A DNA stretch of 64,000 bases from the human T2T-CHM13v2.0 reference genome, Homo sapiens. This document shows, piece by piece, positions 1 to 14,768 of the stretch. Every line of letters starts with the position of its first letter. The first letter of the stretch is position 1. Where the stretch lies: NCBI RefSeq assembly GCF_009914755.1, contig NC_060937.1. One strand, 5' to 3'. The notes under the pieces were generated by a model. That model saw nothing but the letters and a program-made list of their open reading frames with translations, was not told where the DNA came from and searched no databases. Both the position numbers and the translations under genes were made by a program.

Positions 1-1374
1 TCATCAAGAGCATACAGTAAACTCTGTCTTTAGAAGGCCAGACAGGCTCATGGAATAAACTTGTAGTAGATGTTTGTGGGTTTTGATTGACCAAGTAAGC
101 TACATAGAGCTTCTCAACAATGTGAAACATAAAATCAAAGGATAATTAGAGTAATTTCTCAAAGCATTTGCTGAACATCTGCTGGGTACAAGGCACTAGG
201 GAAACAAAAAATGAAAATGCAATATGCTGTCTCTTTCTATAAGGCTATTACAACCAGTTGTAGTCCCAGAGGCAGACAGGTACAATCACACTGAGATGGC
301 ATCGCTACTACACTAGAGACACAGGCAAAGCACTAGAGGGCTGAAATTACCAGTAATTACTTACATCTCGGAAAAGACGAAGATGTGAAGGAACATCAGG
401 AAAGTACTGCAAGAAGCAATATGTATCTGCAGAACTTAGAGGGCTTGAATAATCCAGCTAACCATTTCATCTCTCCACTCGCTTAAAAAATATATATATA
501 TAAGCCACAGAAAGTCAAAATAGGCTAGCTAAAATGGAAAATTCCTTTGGTAAAACCTTTGCTAAACTAAATGGTCAAGAGGAACTCTTCTTCAATATTT
601 CTTCTCTATCAAATATAATATTTTGTGCTGGATATATTCAAAGAAGTGCAAAAACCCCCAAATCTAATATGTTTAATTTGTTAAGAAAGCTCTTGCCAAA
701 TTTTGAGCAAAATTAGCTTCAATTTTAATTTAATAACATTTAGCAATTCATTCTTGGTTCATTTTTTTTCACATTATCAACTTTCTAATCATTATTATAT
801 GCCAGTTTTTATACGGTAATTAAACACTGGCTACTAAGAGCTAAATTAAAAAGAGAACTTTTTAAATTATAAACACAGACAAAAAATTTAAGAAGTCAAG
901 ATGATTTCTTTTATATGACTTAAATTATTTTATTTTGGGATGTAATGTATCGCATTTCATCTATGCACACTGCTTCTAACTTACTAAGCAAAGGAATGAG
1001 TACTCCCATAAATTAATCTTCCATAATATATGGATTAGTTATTTATAATAAATAGTTAATAACATAGACAAACATGTAAAACTACAGAAAAAAGCCTGAT
1101 TCTTGGTCCAACAAATTTCTGAATTTGGAAGTTAACTTTTAAAAGAATTTGAGTGAAAAAAACCCCACTGATTTCAAAACAAGTTTAATAGTAACTCAAG
1201 TTTTAGATAATGCTTTTCGATTTATCTAATGTTATGGAGAATACTAAACATTTCCATTAGCGGCCCATCATCACCGTGGTTACCTCCTTCTCCCTCTCTC
1301 CACTTCAGATATACAGGCATTTGCTCAATCAATATTCAGTGGACATCCACAGTGAACAAATCTCTCTTCTAGGC

Positions 1375-1423
1375 ACCATGAACTACATAGTTGAGGAAAA
1401 CCATGAACTACATAGTTGAGGAA
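1375..1423. repeat. 25-bp two-copy tandem duplication
   Basis: accatgaactacatagttgaggaa occurs at 1375 and 1400. Confidence 0.95.
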
Positions 1424-3002
1424 GACGGGTTTTGTCTGAAAGGATTTAGAGACCAGCCAGGGAGACAGCCAAGAAAATCAACAACCATCATGCAGTTATG
1501 GTAGAAATAGAAGCTGGATGCTAGCTACTGCAGCATCCCAGCAGACTGAGGAAGGTTTGTTGGAGGAGAAGATGCCTGCACTGAATATAGAAAGACTGAA
1601 GGATGCAGGAATGTTGGCCAGAGGAGGAGAGAAAGCTACATCAGACAAAGGAGGCATGAATTTCTATCATTTCCACCTTTCCACCCTGAGCACATCACTG
1701 AAGTCTGTCCCCTCCTTTCCATCCTCACTGCCATTGCTTTATTTCAGACCTTCAGTATTTTCTCCTGGAAGATATTAATCAATTAATTTCCTAGAGTGTT
1801 TTAGGTACCATGATAAGCGGAGGCCAAGTGAGAGCAGAAACAAGAGGGTAATCCCTTTGCTGTGGCAGGCAGCTTCTTTAATCACACACAGCCCAACCAG
1901 GACATTCTGTAAAAGTGGTTGCCGTTAGGTCCCAATCCCTCAAGGAATCTCTGCATACCTCTCTGTCTCCCAGTGTCATTTCTGAACCCCCACATACTGA
2001 TTTACCAAGAATACATACAGCTGTGTTGCTAAGTTGAATTGTAACTGGCTTTATGTTATCCATTGGTACTTACACGTGTATTGTACCACATGTATCATGT
2101 GTATCATTAGAGACCAGGATGTTCAACCTTGTAGAGAAATTAACCAAGGAACTAGAATTCATTTTTATGGCATTTGAATTTATTCTTGTAGGAAAAAGCT
2201 TTAACCTCATGTAAACATGATAATCATTCCCATTTATTGTTATCCTAGAAAAATCCAGTTACTTTTCACAAAAAAGGAATTCACCCTAACATTTTTTTCA
2301 ACAACTAATCACCAAATGATTCTTATCCTGTCTCCAGAAGATGGTGTGGATAGGATACATGGAATGCATTTATTCTTTTCTATCTGTTATCACAGGAAAG
2401 AAATAAATACTCCAGACAGGTATTCCCAAAATTACACAGGAAACTGTGACAGAGCAGAGACCAGAACCTGAGATTTTCACCTCCTCTAGCGCTCCATTCA
2501 TTTTTTTCCATCTCATCTCCCTGGTCCTAGACGTAGTAGTTTAGAAACATGCCTTCTCCTTGTGGCTGAGTGTGCATATCATTTCCCAAATATATACTAC
2601 CCGGCCATTGCACAGGAGAAAGGACTCAGACACTAACAAGTAAAAATCACTGATTCCTTTCCATCCAATCCGAGATGCCTTCCCCTTCTCACTTACTAGC
2701 ACTCTTACAAGTCGCACTTCCATTCACTCTCTTAAAGGCTCTTCTCCTTGGATGTTTTCAAGGAAGACAACTATAATGAGTCCACCAAGTGAGGTCCACA
2801 GAAGTGAATCTGCGTCCTTTCTCATTCTCTTGGTGTCTTCATTGTTACAGGACTTGTGCTCTGAAGTCTGATGAACAACATACAGCTTCTATTTGTTTTA
2901 TTTCCTGGGGAATATGCCCGGGTTCAGCTGTGAGAGCAGGGACTTTCCCTCTTAATGTATTTGAAAGGTTTCTTCCCCTCTTTATTTTATCATTTTAATT
3001 AA

Positions 3003-3299
<297 letters not shown>

Positions 3300-5334
3300 C
3301 CCTTCTTTATTAACAACAGGCCTTCACTAGTATAGTCCTTTCCAAAACTGCAGCTGAAATCCCTTGAATGTATGAGCCCTTCAATAATTTTGCACTGTGA
3401 GTGGCAATTACAGAGTAAACCAGGCAGCTGAAGCAAAGGTGGGGCATGTGTCTCCGGATAATGGAGCACTCACAGAACCCTCAAACCACTAGGTGATAGC
3501 TATGCAAGCTCGGGTTGGAGGGTGGAGATGCAGAGTGGGAAACAGGTTTCCATGGAGGCCTCCTTTTAAGTGAGAGTTCTAAAGATGGCCAGGTCCTCTC
3601 TATCTACACCAGCCACCTTTTGATGCCGCCTTACTTGACTCCTTTGAACAGGTGTGCTTTAAGAACCAAAGTTCTCCAGAGAAATGCCCATTTATTCCAG
3701 AATAAGAACAGAAGATACTAGATCACACACAAACACACACACACAAACACAAATACATTTTGTGTTTACTAGTCCAATATGCCATGCTGAGATATATTTT
3801 ATAAAATATGCAGGGAATCACTGGGTACCTTAGGGACTCCAGAGTGAAAGACTGAAAGCCAACGGTAGTTCAGGTGAAGGATGTGGCATTTTTTTTTTCC
3901 TCCACAGTGCTATTCAGACTTAGTTTAATTTCTTCCAATATAAATGTGTCCAATTTTACTTATTCTGCTAGATTATAAGGTTTTACATAATTGAGCACAC
4001 TCAGATCTTCTTTCTTTCGGATACATTGACAACAGTCCCCCTCAGTTTCTACAGAAGTCCTACCTGAGTCACTTTATGTGAATCTGCCACAAATAACCCT
4101 TGGCCAATTGCGTTACCAATGACAGGGTCTCACAGAGACAAATTTATAATTAGATGTGTCACTTGAAGTGCTGGCAAAGAGCAACTTTAAGACTGAATAA
4201 AACCATCAATGCTACTTCAGAATCTCCTTTGGATTCTTCTTGTATGACTACAGGACACATTAAGTCTAATTTATTTCTTCTTCTGCTCCTCTAGAGAAAC
4301 AAAAAGAGAAATGAGGAGGAAAAAGCTCCCAGAAATAAATGACCATCCAGTAAATTTCCAATTACATAAAATGTCCTCAATATGTTAGGACAGAGTTTGG
4401 GGAAAGGGTAACTATTCAATACAGTCATTGATTCGAGGCCAATGCTGGGTGGTTTATCTTCCTAAATAAAATTGCAATTGCAACACCAAAAGAATTCTGA
4501 CACAAAGCCTCTGCTAACAGATATTTTATGGGTATGCCTTTTTTATGACCCTGTATTAAATATTCTGTAGCTTCTGGTCTGTGAAAATGTAATACAAAAT
4601 GTTTAAGCAATATCACTTTGGAAAGAAAAGGAACAAATTGTCTACTTGTTGTAATAATACAGCTTTCCTATTTTATGGGTTTGTTTAACATAACAATACA
4701 AATTATTTTTCAGTTTCATGAAGAGAATTTCACTTGTTTTTATTTTTCCATTTTCTTTGATCTGTGTCAATGTTCACTTTTCACATGAGAAATAACCTGG
4801 CATGACAAATTGGTAACAAGTTACTTTTATTCATATTTAGCTTTTAGTTCATAATTTAAAAATTATGATATTGTTTTCCCCTTCAACTGTTTAAACAGGA
4901 TCTCTTTTTCAAAAGAAGAAAATGTTTCCTCACCTTTTTTCTTACCCTTGTAGAGTCAAACTATGAAGTCATTATGACTTTAATTTAAAAATACTCTTAG
5001 GTTAATGTAATGCCATGACACACTAATTCTGAATTGGCAATGAACAAATTATAAACATTTATTAAACTCTGCTTTTTTTTTTAATAAGGCCTTGAGATAA
5101 GTACTGGACAAGTGGAGCTGTCAGATGATGTCCCAGGCCACAGGGAGCTCACGGACCCATGGTGGGGGCAGGCCAGTACCACAGACAGCGATGCATCTCA
5201 CACAACACATGAGGCTGGAAGAACAGGAAGGGGAGGAGAGAGGAGAGACCCTAACAGCCCATGGGGAGTAGGGGAGGGCCTTCTAGGTGGCAGTGGTGGA
5301 ACTGATTCTTCAAAGAAGGATGTTGTTTGGTAGA

Positions 5335-5500
5335 TCAGTGGTTTTCACATTTTAGATTGAACTTTTTAAACACAGAGTCCAATACTGCTTTCCCAGAGAA
5401 TTATAAGCAGCGTATCTCAGATGTGACCCAGAGCCTGTGTTTTGAATAAGCTTCCATCTGATCTTGATTCAAGTGGTCCCAGGACCACCCTCAGAGAACC
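5335..5500. mobile_element. MER5-like hAT-Charlie MITE, degraded
   Basis: cagtggttttca start and tgattcaagtggtcccaggaccaccctcagagaaccac end resemble MER5A. Confidence 0.6.
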
Positions 5501-6488
5501 ACACAGCCGACAGACAGAGCTGAGTAGTGGAGCTGGGAGGGGCACATCAGGCAGAAGAACCATCTGTGAGACCAGAGCAGGGCAGAAGGCACAGGCACAG
5601 AAGGATCGAGAAACTGGAGGGTGACAATCTTAGACATGCAGGCAGATGTCTGATCATGAAGGCCTTGCTTATCATGTGTAGATGCTTGTACATGATCCTA
5701 ATCAGTTTAACTATTTAAAACAAATGAGAAATAAGATCAGATGTGCTTAATAACTTTCAATGTTAGTAACAAAAAATTGAGGTAACAAATTCTTTCCATT
5801 TGATTTACTGCTCCATCTTTTTTTTTTTGGAAGGAAGGAAGCCATGAAGAAACAAAAAACACCTTTTTGTTGTTGTTTTTAATGCAGGCACTAATGTCAG
5901 AATACAATGATTTAACATGCCCACCAAAATTGCAAGGATGCTGTGGTAGCAGCACATCTTGTAACAGACGATGCCAGGTGGCCCATAAATACTGCAGACA
6001 CCACCCATAGCCACACACAAGGGGGCTTCCCAGACAGCACCCACATTCTCATTAGCACCATGACAGTTTTGTCATCACAGCTCTGCGGCCCAGGAGAGAC
6101 TACTGCTGGGAGATGCCAGTGTACACGAGAAATAGCAGTAACAGGATGCCATGATCACAGCACACCCAAAGAAACATCAGTTATCGGTTCCAGTAAAAAG
6201 TCTAAGGATCACTACTCTCTATCCCTCCCCACCGTAGAGAAAGCACAGGCAATGATGTGTAGCACTGTAGCTGGCAGTGAAGGGCGGAGTGTCTCCCTAT
6301 CCCCAAGAAGATCATCCAACCCAAGGAAAGAGCTCCACAATGAAGGGAATAAAAAATAATGTAGGTAATGAGTATGTGCATATATTTGTGTCCTGACTAT
6401 ATATTAGCAGTAATTTTTTTTGTTATTTCAGGTGAACTAAAAGAATTAATTACCTTTTCCATAAACTGAGTATTTACTATTTCTATAA

Positions 6489-6749
<261 letters not shown>

Positions 6750-8010
6750 TAATTAAATTTAAAATAAAAATTTGAACTCTAAAAGGAAAACTAAACTCTA
6801 AATTAAATTACACAGATACTATTTGAATAAAGGCTGGCACCTAAAATAACATAACATGTGCCAAAGAATTATTTGGTCCTTGGCATAAATTCTTTTAGTA
6901 AAGATCTAGTAACAATTTGGGAAGGTAGCTGAGCCTAAAGAGATTCTGCTGAAGGTAAGTAAAAATGTTAATAAAAACTGAATTAAGGGCAAAGTGCATT
7001 CTTATTGCATTTCCTCAAGCTTCCAATATAATTTATATCAACTACAACATCTCTGGAACATAAGTCTGGTAAAAAGAAAATATTGCAGGTCTGAAGAATC
7101 TGTAAACCATATTTACCAAGGGACACCAACAATACTATTTAAGAATGTATGTACTCAATAATCTAAAACCTGTGAGGAGCCTCCTCCCTTCAAGATGATG
7201 GCAAACAGACTCACAAGCTTAAAAGCAGTGTCCCAGTTTAACAAAATATGTGGGTTTTTGGGGCCTCATTAAATGGGAGGCCCATTGCTCCAGTGCAAAG
7301 TGGGGATATTCTGCATGGTCTTTGTGTGATTACATAAAGCGAATGTTTGATCAGCTGTTGACAATATTTGCAAATAGTAACAGATTGAAGATGGGTAGTA
7401 AAACAGAGGTTTTGACATTTTATAAATTCAAACTCACTGTCCTTCACTCCCTAGCACTCATTCTGTGATTTCTGAACCTGGTCTTCTCCCTGTGCCACAG
7501 ATCCAACCCTCCCCCATCTCTAGTGACTTTACCTCCCCCAGGTCCCTCTGCTGCAACCTCTGTTTCTGAGCTGATGATGCTCTTCATGCCCAGACTCCTC
7601 CTTCGTGACTCTGAAGCCTTTTCTAACTATTCCATCTTTGTCGGGTTCTCTCCTTTCCCCAAACCACTGCTGCATATACAGTCAGAGCTACCCTATTTGG
7701 CTGATAGCACTTTATGCACTTCTGAATCTCTGTGTAAGTTTCTTGGGAGCAGGTACTTATTCACAAGTATTTTTAGAATTCTATTTGCATCTCTACCACA
7801 AGAATTATAGAATATCATGCTAAGCACTGAAATCTTTTTTCAGTAGAACTTGATCTGCAAACATATTCTTTGTCCCAGGAATATCTGTAAAGAGCAACGT
7901 GACCCTGTTACTGAATCCCCTGGGTGCCTGCCTTTAGATACTGTCAAGGAGAAGAGAGTTCTATGTGTTAACCAAGGGGCACTTTTAGAGCATGCGAGAA
8001 TTCATCCTTC

Positions 8011-8124
8011 GATAAAACATAATGCCTTTTGTTTGCCAGTGAATAACCTGTATCTCCTCCCTACATAAGGAGATAAAACATGATGTCTTTTGTTTGCCAG
8101 TGAATAACCTGTATCTACTCCCTA
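8011..8124. repeat. 61-bp period two-copy tandem duplication
   Basis: gataaaacat.atg.cttttgtttgccagtgaataacctgtatct.ctcccta at 8011 and 8072. Confidence 0.95.
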
Positions 8125-8632
8125 GTCAAGTGAGAAGAGAATGTAACTTTTGGGAGAATAAAATACCACATAAATTTTTGGTTCTAGTTTTAGCTCTTCG
8201 TATGGTTTATGTCAAGCATCTAGAAGCATATCATAGAGTCAACAGATAGCTAATAAATAATGATGGTGTCACTGAGTATGAAATATCTGTATATCAGTTT
8301 CCACAAATGACAATCATGGTTAAACTTATCCAAAAAGAATGTGATACAATTAGAAGGTTACAAGCCAAGTTACTGCTAATTTAACAGCATCCATCTGGAA
8401 ACCAATGTCCAGTTTTGAGAAGAATTAAATCAAGAAAATGTTCCAAAATCAAGACAGTCCTCTCATTTACAAAATCAAGCTAAAGCCTGAATAGTGTTTA
8501 CTGAGCACTTACTGTGTGCAGCACTGTTCTAGAGACGAGGGGGCAGAGAATTTTCTAAGAAGTGAGGATCCCTGCCTTCAAGGAGTTAATACATTCCACC
8601 TAGAGATTAATGGAAGCTATGACAAGTGATAT

Positions 8633-8832
8633 CTAAATAGATATTTTCAGATTTTCCTTTTGGAAACCAGCACTATAAACATGTTTTGAGTCTCTGTGGG
8701 TTGCCAGGCACTGTGCTAAATACTGGAAATATAATAATGAGTAAAATAACAGTTGAAAGAACTCACAAACTAGAAAGGAAGCTAGACATGAGCACACAAA
8801 CATTCCTATATAGTTTGCATATTGATAGCACA
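8633..8832 (+). repeat. ~200-bp direct duplicon, copy 1 (partly L2-like)
   Basis: Colinear with 9975-10177, e.g. ctggaaatataataatgagtaaaataacagttgaaagaactcaca is identical in both. Confidence 0.95.
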
Positions 8833-8889
8833 TTAAATGTACTTTGTATGGATATAGTGTCTCTCTTAAATCTAGCTCCATTATCCAGG

Positions 8890-9423
8890 TGTGATGGCTA
8901 ATTTTTTGTGTCAACTTGACTGCCCCAGGAAGTGCGCAGATAAAACATTATTTCTGGGTGTATCTATGGGGCTGTTTCTGGAAGAGATTAGCATTTGAAT
9001 CAGTCAACTCAGTAAAATAAAGTAGATGGCCCTTCCCAGGGTGGATGGGCATCATCCAATCCATAAGCACCTGGATAGAGCAAAAAGGCAGAGAAATAAG
9101 TAATTCACCCCTCTTGCTTTTGGTCTATTTGCATGAGCTGGAATATTGGCCTTTTCCTGTAACTGCCTGGGATTTACATGATCAACTCCCTTGGTTCTCA
9201 GGCCTTAGGAATTGGACTGAAATTACACCATCAGCTTTCCTGGGTGTCCAGCTTGCAGACAGCAGATCACAGGACTTCTCAGCCTCCATAATCACATGAG
9301 CCAACTCCTTATAATGAATCTCTTTATCCATAATATATCGATATGTCTCTATATATAATATATACATATATATAAAATGAGATTTCTTTATTATATATAA
9401 TGAAGCACCAATGGGAGATAGAT

Positions 9424-9472
<49 letters not shown>

Positions 9473-9595
9473 CAGACATAGGTTGATCTCTACCTATCTA
9501 TCCATCCATCTATCTATCTATATATCTATCTATCTATCTATCTATCTATCTGTATATATACAATTCTCTTTCTTTGGAGCACTCTGACTAATACA
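8890..9595 (+). mobile_element. MLT2-family (ERVL) solo LTR
   Basis: TG..CA ends (tgtgatggctaattttttgtgtcaacttgac ... ctgactaataca), 5-bp TSD ccagg/ctagg, internal microsatellite typical of MLT2. Confidence 0.9.
9416..9551. repeat. (GATA)n followed by inverted (TATC)n microsatellite
   Basis: GATA x11 perfect at 9427-9470; TATC run at about 9494-9551. Confidence 0.97.
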
Positions 9596-9974
9596 CTAGG
9601 TTTTGAGAGGATCCCACCTATAATGGTCATGAACAGAGTAACAGCAAGATGGCACAAATGCCTTTTTGGAGTAAGTGACAGGAAATAACAATTCCAAAAA
9701 CACCTTTTGAGTACTGGGAAAACTCTAGGCAGAAGTTGGCTGAGAAGAACTTTTTCTAAATTCACAGAGGCAGTCTCTGAAACCCTTCTACAGAGGAGCT
9801 CCATCACCATGATGTAAGCAGGCCCTGCAGTTCTTTCCAGAGTGGTCTTGGGATCACTGCAAAGCTGCTGAGTGATAACAATGTGAAACAAAAACACAGA
9901 GACAGGAATAAAGAGAAGAATAAAATAGGAATAGGGAATAGAAAAGCATCAACAGTAATGTCAGAGAAATCATA

Positions 9975-10177
9975 GCTAAATTGATACTTACCAGATTTTT
10001 CTTTTGGAAATCGGCACTATAAACATGTTTTGAGTCTTTGTGGGTTGCCAGACATTGTGCTAAATGCTGGAAATATAATAATGAGTAAAATAACAGTTGA
10101 AAGAACTCACAGACTAGAAAGGGAGCTAGACATATAAACACACAAGCATTTTTATATAGTCTGCATACTAATAGCAA
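9975..10177 (+). repeat. ~200-bp direct duplicon, copy 2
   Basis: Colinear with 8633-8832. Confidence 0.95.
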
Positions 10178-11699
10178 ACTATCAGCTAAACTCTGTGTAG
10201 CTGAGTCAGAAAACATAGTTTAAAGGCAGATCAACATTGACAGTCTCCAACAACTGACATGACCATATTCCTACTTACAAGTGCCAGGGCCGGGTGTACC
10301 CCCGAACAGCCAAGAAACCAGTAACCTGAGTCTGAGCATGTTTACATACTATTTCATAGCGCGACTTCTTTTTTCGATCCACATTATAAAATTGGCATTT
10401 TTCCATATTGTTGGAAACTCTGCAAACAATTCAACAAACTAGAAAATGTAGAAAAATATATGAAAACATACCACCCATAACACCACAAGCATGAATAACC
10501 CCCATTAATATTTTGGCACAGATTCTTCCATGTGCCAGTTTGAAGAAGGTCTTGTCTGAGAAAAACAAAGTGTTAGAAAAGAACAAGAAGAAAACAATCT
10601 GAACCTAGACCTGGACTATGAGGGAGGTACTGTTAACCTCCTGGATAAAAGTGTTAATGTATATTTAAATGAAAGCACTTATTACTCAAAACAAGATAGT
10701 TGAATTTGAATTTTATACTAGCATCTTGATACAGAAGCATCTATATATGAATATATTAATACAAATATGTATAGTTCATAGAGAGCATCTATTACTAAAT
10801 TCCTCCTCAACTGGCCCTGTCATTTGTTTACTGTTGTCCCAAGATAAAAGTTCTCTTCTGATATTGTAAGAAGGAGATACCAAGGCAGAACCCCCTGAGA
10901 TACAGGCCATTTACTGTTACCCCAAAAGCATGTGTCTTGATTGGTAGCTTGTGAATAGGTCTTAGAGAAAATGCCATAATGGTAACATCTTTGTGTGGGC
11001 TGCTCATGTCCCTCCCTCTCATGGGGACTCCTTGGTCTAAGAGGCCACCCTTTTTTACTCAAGAAAAACTTGTGTAGAAAAGGAAGTAGTAAGTCAAGGC
11101 AGAATCAGGCAACTATGACATTATTATACCATAATTTTTACCATGGCACAGACACAACAGTGACTGCAGGCTTGTCTTTTACCAACAGTATTGAAAGAAC
11201 AAATCTTTGATCTATAGAATTTGAAATCATTTTAAGGTCAAAAAATGGTACATACTACATCAGTATTTAATATTGAAAAACTGGAGTTAACTAAATGATC
11301 ATAAGATACTAAGTGAATTATGACATATTCATAAGAACAAAACACAAGTTACTAAAATTATATTCATTAGCATGCAAACTTAATGTGTTATATATTTATA
11401 AGTCTACAGATGATGGATTTTTGGCAAATTATTAATGAATATCATGGATTGGTTTTCCCCCTTATTTTTCTCCCTGTATTTTTAAAGTTTGCCCAATTAA
11501 CTTGTATTAGTTTTATAATAAAAAATATTGCTTAAAATGCCTTAACAACACAGGAAAATGTTTAATTTTATGATGGTAATTGAAAAAACATCAGGCAATA
11601 AAATACTATATATGACTGAAATACAATGACTTAGTTCACAGTAAACAAGGATTAGAGGAAAATACTTCAAACTGTTTATTTCATAATCACTCAACCCAT

Positions 11700-13350
11700 A
11701 CGAAGCACCTATATTCCCTGAGTACAGTGTGGTAATTAAAACAGACAAGGTTGCCACTTTCCTGGAGGTTACACTCTAAATTAATAAGATATAATGATCA
11801 AATAATTAAAGAAGAAAGACCTTTTCAGATGCTACTAAGTGCTGTGAAGAAAATACGATAGGCATATGTAATGGAAAGTCATTGTGAGGTGGGGCTTCTT
11901 GACACTGTACAATCAGGGATTGCTTCTTTGAGCAAAGATATCTGGGATGGAGCCTAAATAACACAGGAAGGCCAGCACATGAAGATGTAAGGACATAAAG
12001 GACTTTAAATAACAGCAAAGACAAAGACAAAGACCTCCTAGATTCAATGAGCTCATTGGGACTGTAACACAAAAAGGAAGGGGGCGGGAGACTGATTCAG
12101 GAGGCATCCGCAGGAACTGGCAAGGATCCGATCATGCAAGGCCAGGGTAATGAGTTGACATTTTATTTTACTTAATAAAAATTCATTGCAAGATTTTCAA
12201 CAGGAGTGTGATATCATCTGAGTACTTGCTGATGGAGTAGAAGTGAAGTTTGAGGGAAGAAGAGACATCAAGCATGGATTGAAAGTTGAGAGCTGGAGCA
12301 GTAGAGAGATGATGGTGCCTGCTCTGATGACTGCTAAGAGGGAACAGATTATAGGGTGAAAGAACATGGATATGGGGAATCAAAAGTTCATTTCGGCCAT
12401 GTTTTGTTGGATGTAAAGTGCTTAGTAGGCAACTGGCTATATGAATCTGAAGCTGCTGGGTAAAGAGGATAGGATTGGTGCAAAAGTTGCGAATTATTGT
12501 CATATGGATGTCATTTAAAGCACTGGATGGAATCATATAAAAAGTATAAATAGCCACCGGGCACAGTGGCTCATGCCTGTAATCCCAGCACTTTGGGAGG
12601 CTGAGATGGGCAGATCATTTGAGGTCAGGAGTTTGAGACCAGCCTGGCCAACATGGCAAAACCTCATCTCTACTGAAAATACAAAAACTGGCCTGGCATG
12701 GTGGCACATGCCTGTAATCCCCACTACTCAGGAGGCTGAGGCAGGAGAATCATTTGAACCTAGGGGTGGAGGTTGTGGTGAGCCAAGATCGTGCCACTGC
12801 ACTCAAGCCTGGGCTATAGAGCAAGACCTTATCTTAAAAAAAAAAAAAAATTAAGAAGAACAGTCTTACCCAAATTAATAGGTCAAGCACAGGAAGATAA
12901 GAATAGCTTGTGATTTATCAAGAAACTGATTGGCATAATGTCATAGAAGATGAACAGAAAGATTGTTGAGGAAGGAGAAATAATCAATCGTGTCAAATGC
13001 TGCAGAGAGATATAGTAAAGTGGACAGAGAATTAACTACTGGATTTGGCAAAACTGAGGTCATAGGTAACTTCAACAATGGCAGTTTTAGGAGAATGATG
13101 AGAAGGAATACCACTGGAGGAAGAGAGTAAGAGGGAAGCACAGACAGCAAATAAGAAAACTCAACTGTATGAAAGCTACCAAAGCAAGAATAGTTGGAAG
13201 GGAAGGTAGAGTTTCATTAAAGGTGGGTGATACAAAAGATGATGAAAAGAAAAGGCATTAGATACAGGACTCAAGTGGAGGGGCTGCCCTTCACTGTTGT
13301 AGCACAAGGTAAGGCAGAGTACACAGTACAGATGCAGGTAAAATGGAAGA
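11700..13350. mobile_element. L2 LINE fragment interrupted by an Alu
   Basis: Purine-rich L2-like motifs (tgtcaaatgctgcagagaga, ctggatttggcaa...aggtcataggtaacttcaa); boundaries approximate. Confidence 0.7.
12553..12850 (+). mobile_element. Alu, full length (older S/J type)
   Basis: ccgggcacagtggctcatgcctgtaatcccagcactttgggagg ... poly(A). Confidence 0.97.
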
Positions 13351-14449
13351 CATTGCAAAGGATGGATAAAGGAGCTTTCATCTTTTATCTTCCCAGTTTT
13401 AACAGTGATCTCAGATGCTGTTGGTAAATTTTATTTTACTGTTGCAATACTTTTTTTGTATTTCCCACTTTGGGAAATTCTACAGTGAATATATATTATA
13501 ATCATAATTTTAAAAACACTACTTTTTGAATGAAACTTAAAACCACACTGGAAACACATGTGGACATTTTAAAACTAGTAATGTTATACAAGTGATTTAT
13601 TTGAACTTACATTAAAAAGAGGAAAATTTTTTTGTGGCACAGTCTCTGCCCTGTTCCAGCTTTCTAGCTGTCAAAATGTGTACCCTCCTTGGCTATTTCT
13701 TTCTAAGGCTTGTGCTTGGAGCAAGGACTTGAGAAACTGTACTAATATTGTAACTTTGGAGCTTAACCAGAAAATGGAAGTTTTCTTTGCCCCCTATCTC
13801 AAGTCTAACATAAAAATGTCATATATACAAAAACAATTGGCCTAGAATATTCCAAACTCCTGTCTTCCTCATTACAATTTTTTTTTTTTTTTTTTTACAA
13901 AACCATTTCCTGCTCTTTTTCATCCAATTCTGCCTCAGGCAAAGGGCATTCTAATGATACCATGAAACACACAGTGTTTTGCTATAGATTCCTTTTCCTT
14001 TCATTTTTTGATGAAATACTAAGGCAGTTTTCTTCATTGGTTTCAGAAGCTAAGTGGATGCAATTTAGGAGTTTACAGAAGCACCAAAATCAATGCAGAG
14101 AGGAAGAAGATGGGGCCATGAATGTAAATAGCTTATTGACTGAGCAACAGGAAGAGGCTAAAATATTCAGCCAGCACTTGCTTGTGATTATCTGCCACCC
14201 TCTTCCTTCCATGGGGAGGGAATGGCCTAGTCTCACTGAGCTCATATTGCTTTTAACATGTATAAGAGACCAGACAGATGTTTAAGGTTTAAAACCTGGC
14301 ATTCCATAAGGAGAAGGATATTACTGATCAGGATTACAAGTATTACTTTTCTTCTTAGTTGAATAAGTTATTTTTCTTAATTTAAAAAGATTCTGTTGGA
14401 AGAGGACAATTCACCTCATCTACATAAGTATTGGCTCTTCTCAAATACT

Positions 14450-14768
14450 CTCTATTTACACTTCCTATGTGATTCCATCCAGATCTGTGCTTTCAATGCC
14501 ATTCACGTGACAATCATTTCCAAGTTTTTCCCCAATCCTATCTTCTCCACCCGGTTTCAGATTCACAGAGCCAACTGCCTACAAAAGCACTTCATATCCA
14601 ACAAAGTGTGGCCGGAATGAACTTTTGATTCCCCATACCCATGATCTTTCACCCTAAAATGTGTTCCTCTCTTAGCAGTCATCAGAGTAGGCACCACCAT
14701 CTATCCACTGCTCCAGTGAATAGATGTCATGCTTGCCTCAACTTTGGAGTCATGCTTGAGGTCTCTTT
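14450..14768 (-). repeat. Inverted copy of L2-derived segment 12260-12552
   Basis: Reverse complement aligns colinearly, e.g. ctctgatgactgctaagag and tatggggaatcaaaagttcatt are shared. Confidence 0.95.

Noticed and set aside
5943-6359. 138-aa ORF
   Set aside because: GTG start, no recognisable homology or clear splice structure; more consistent with non-coding regulatory DNA
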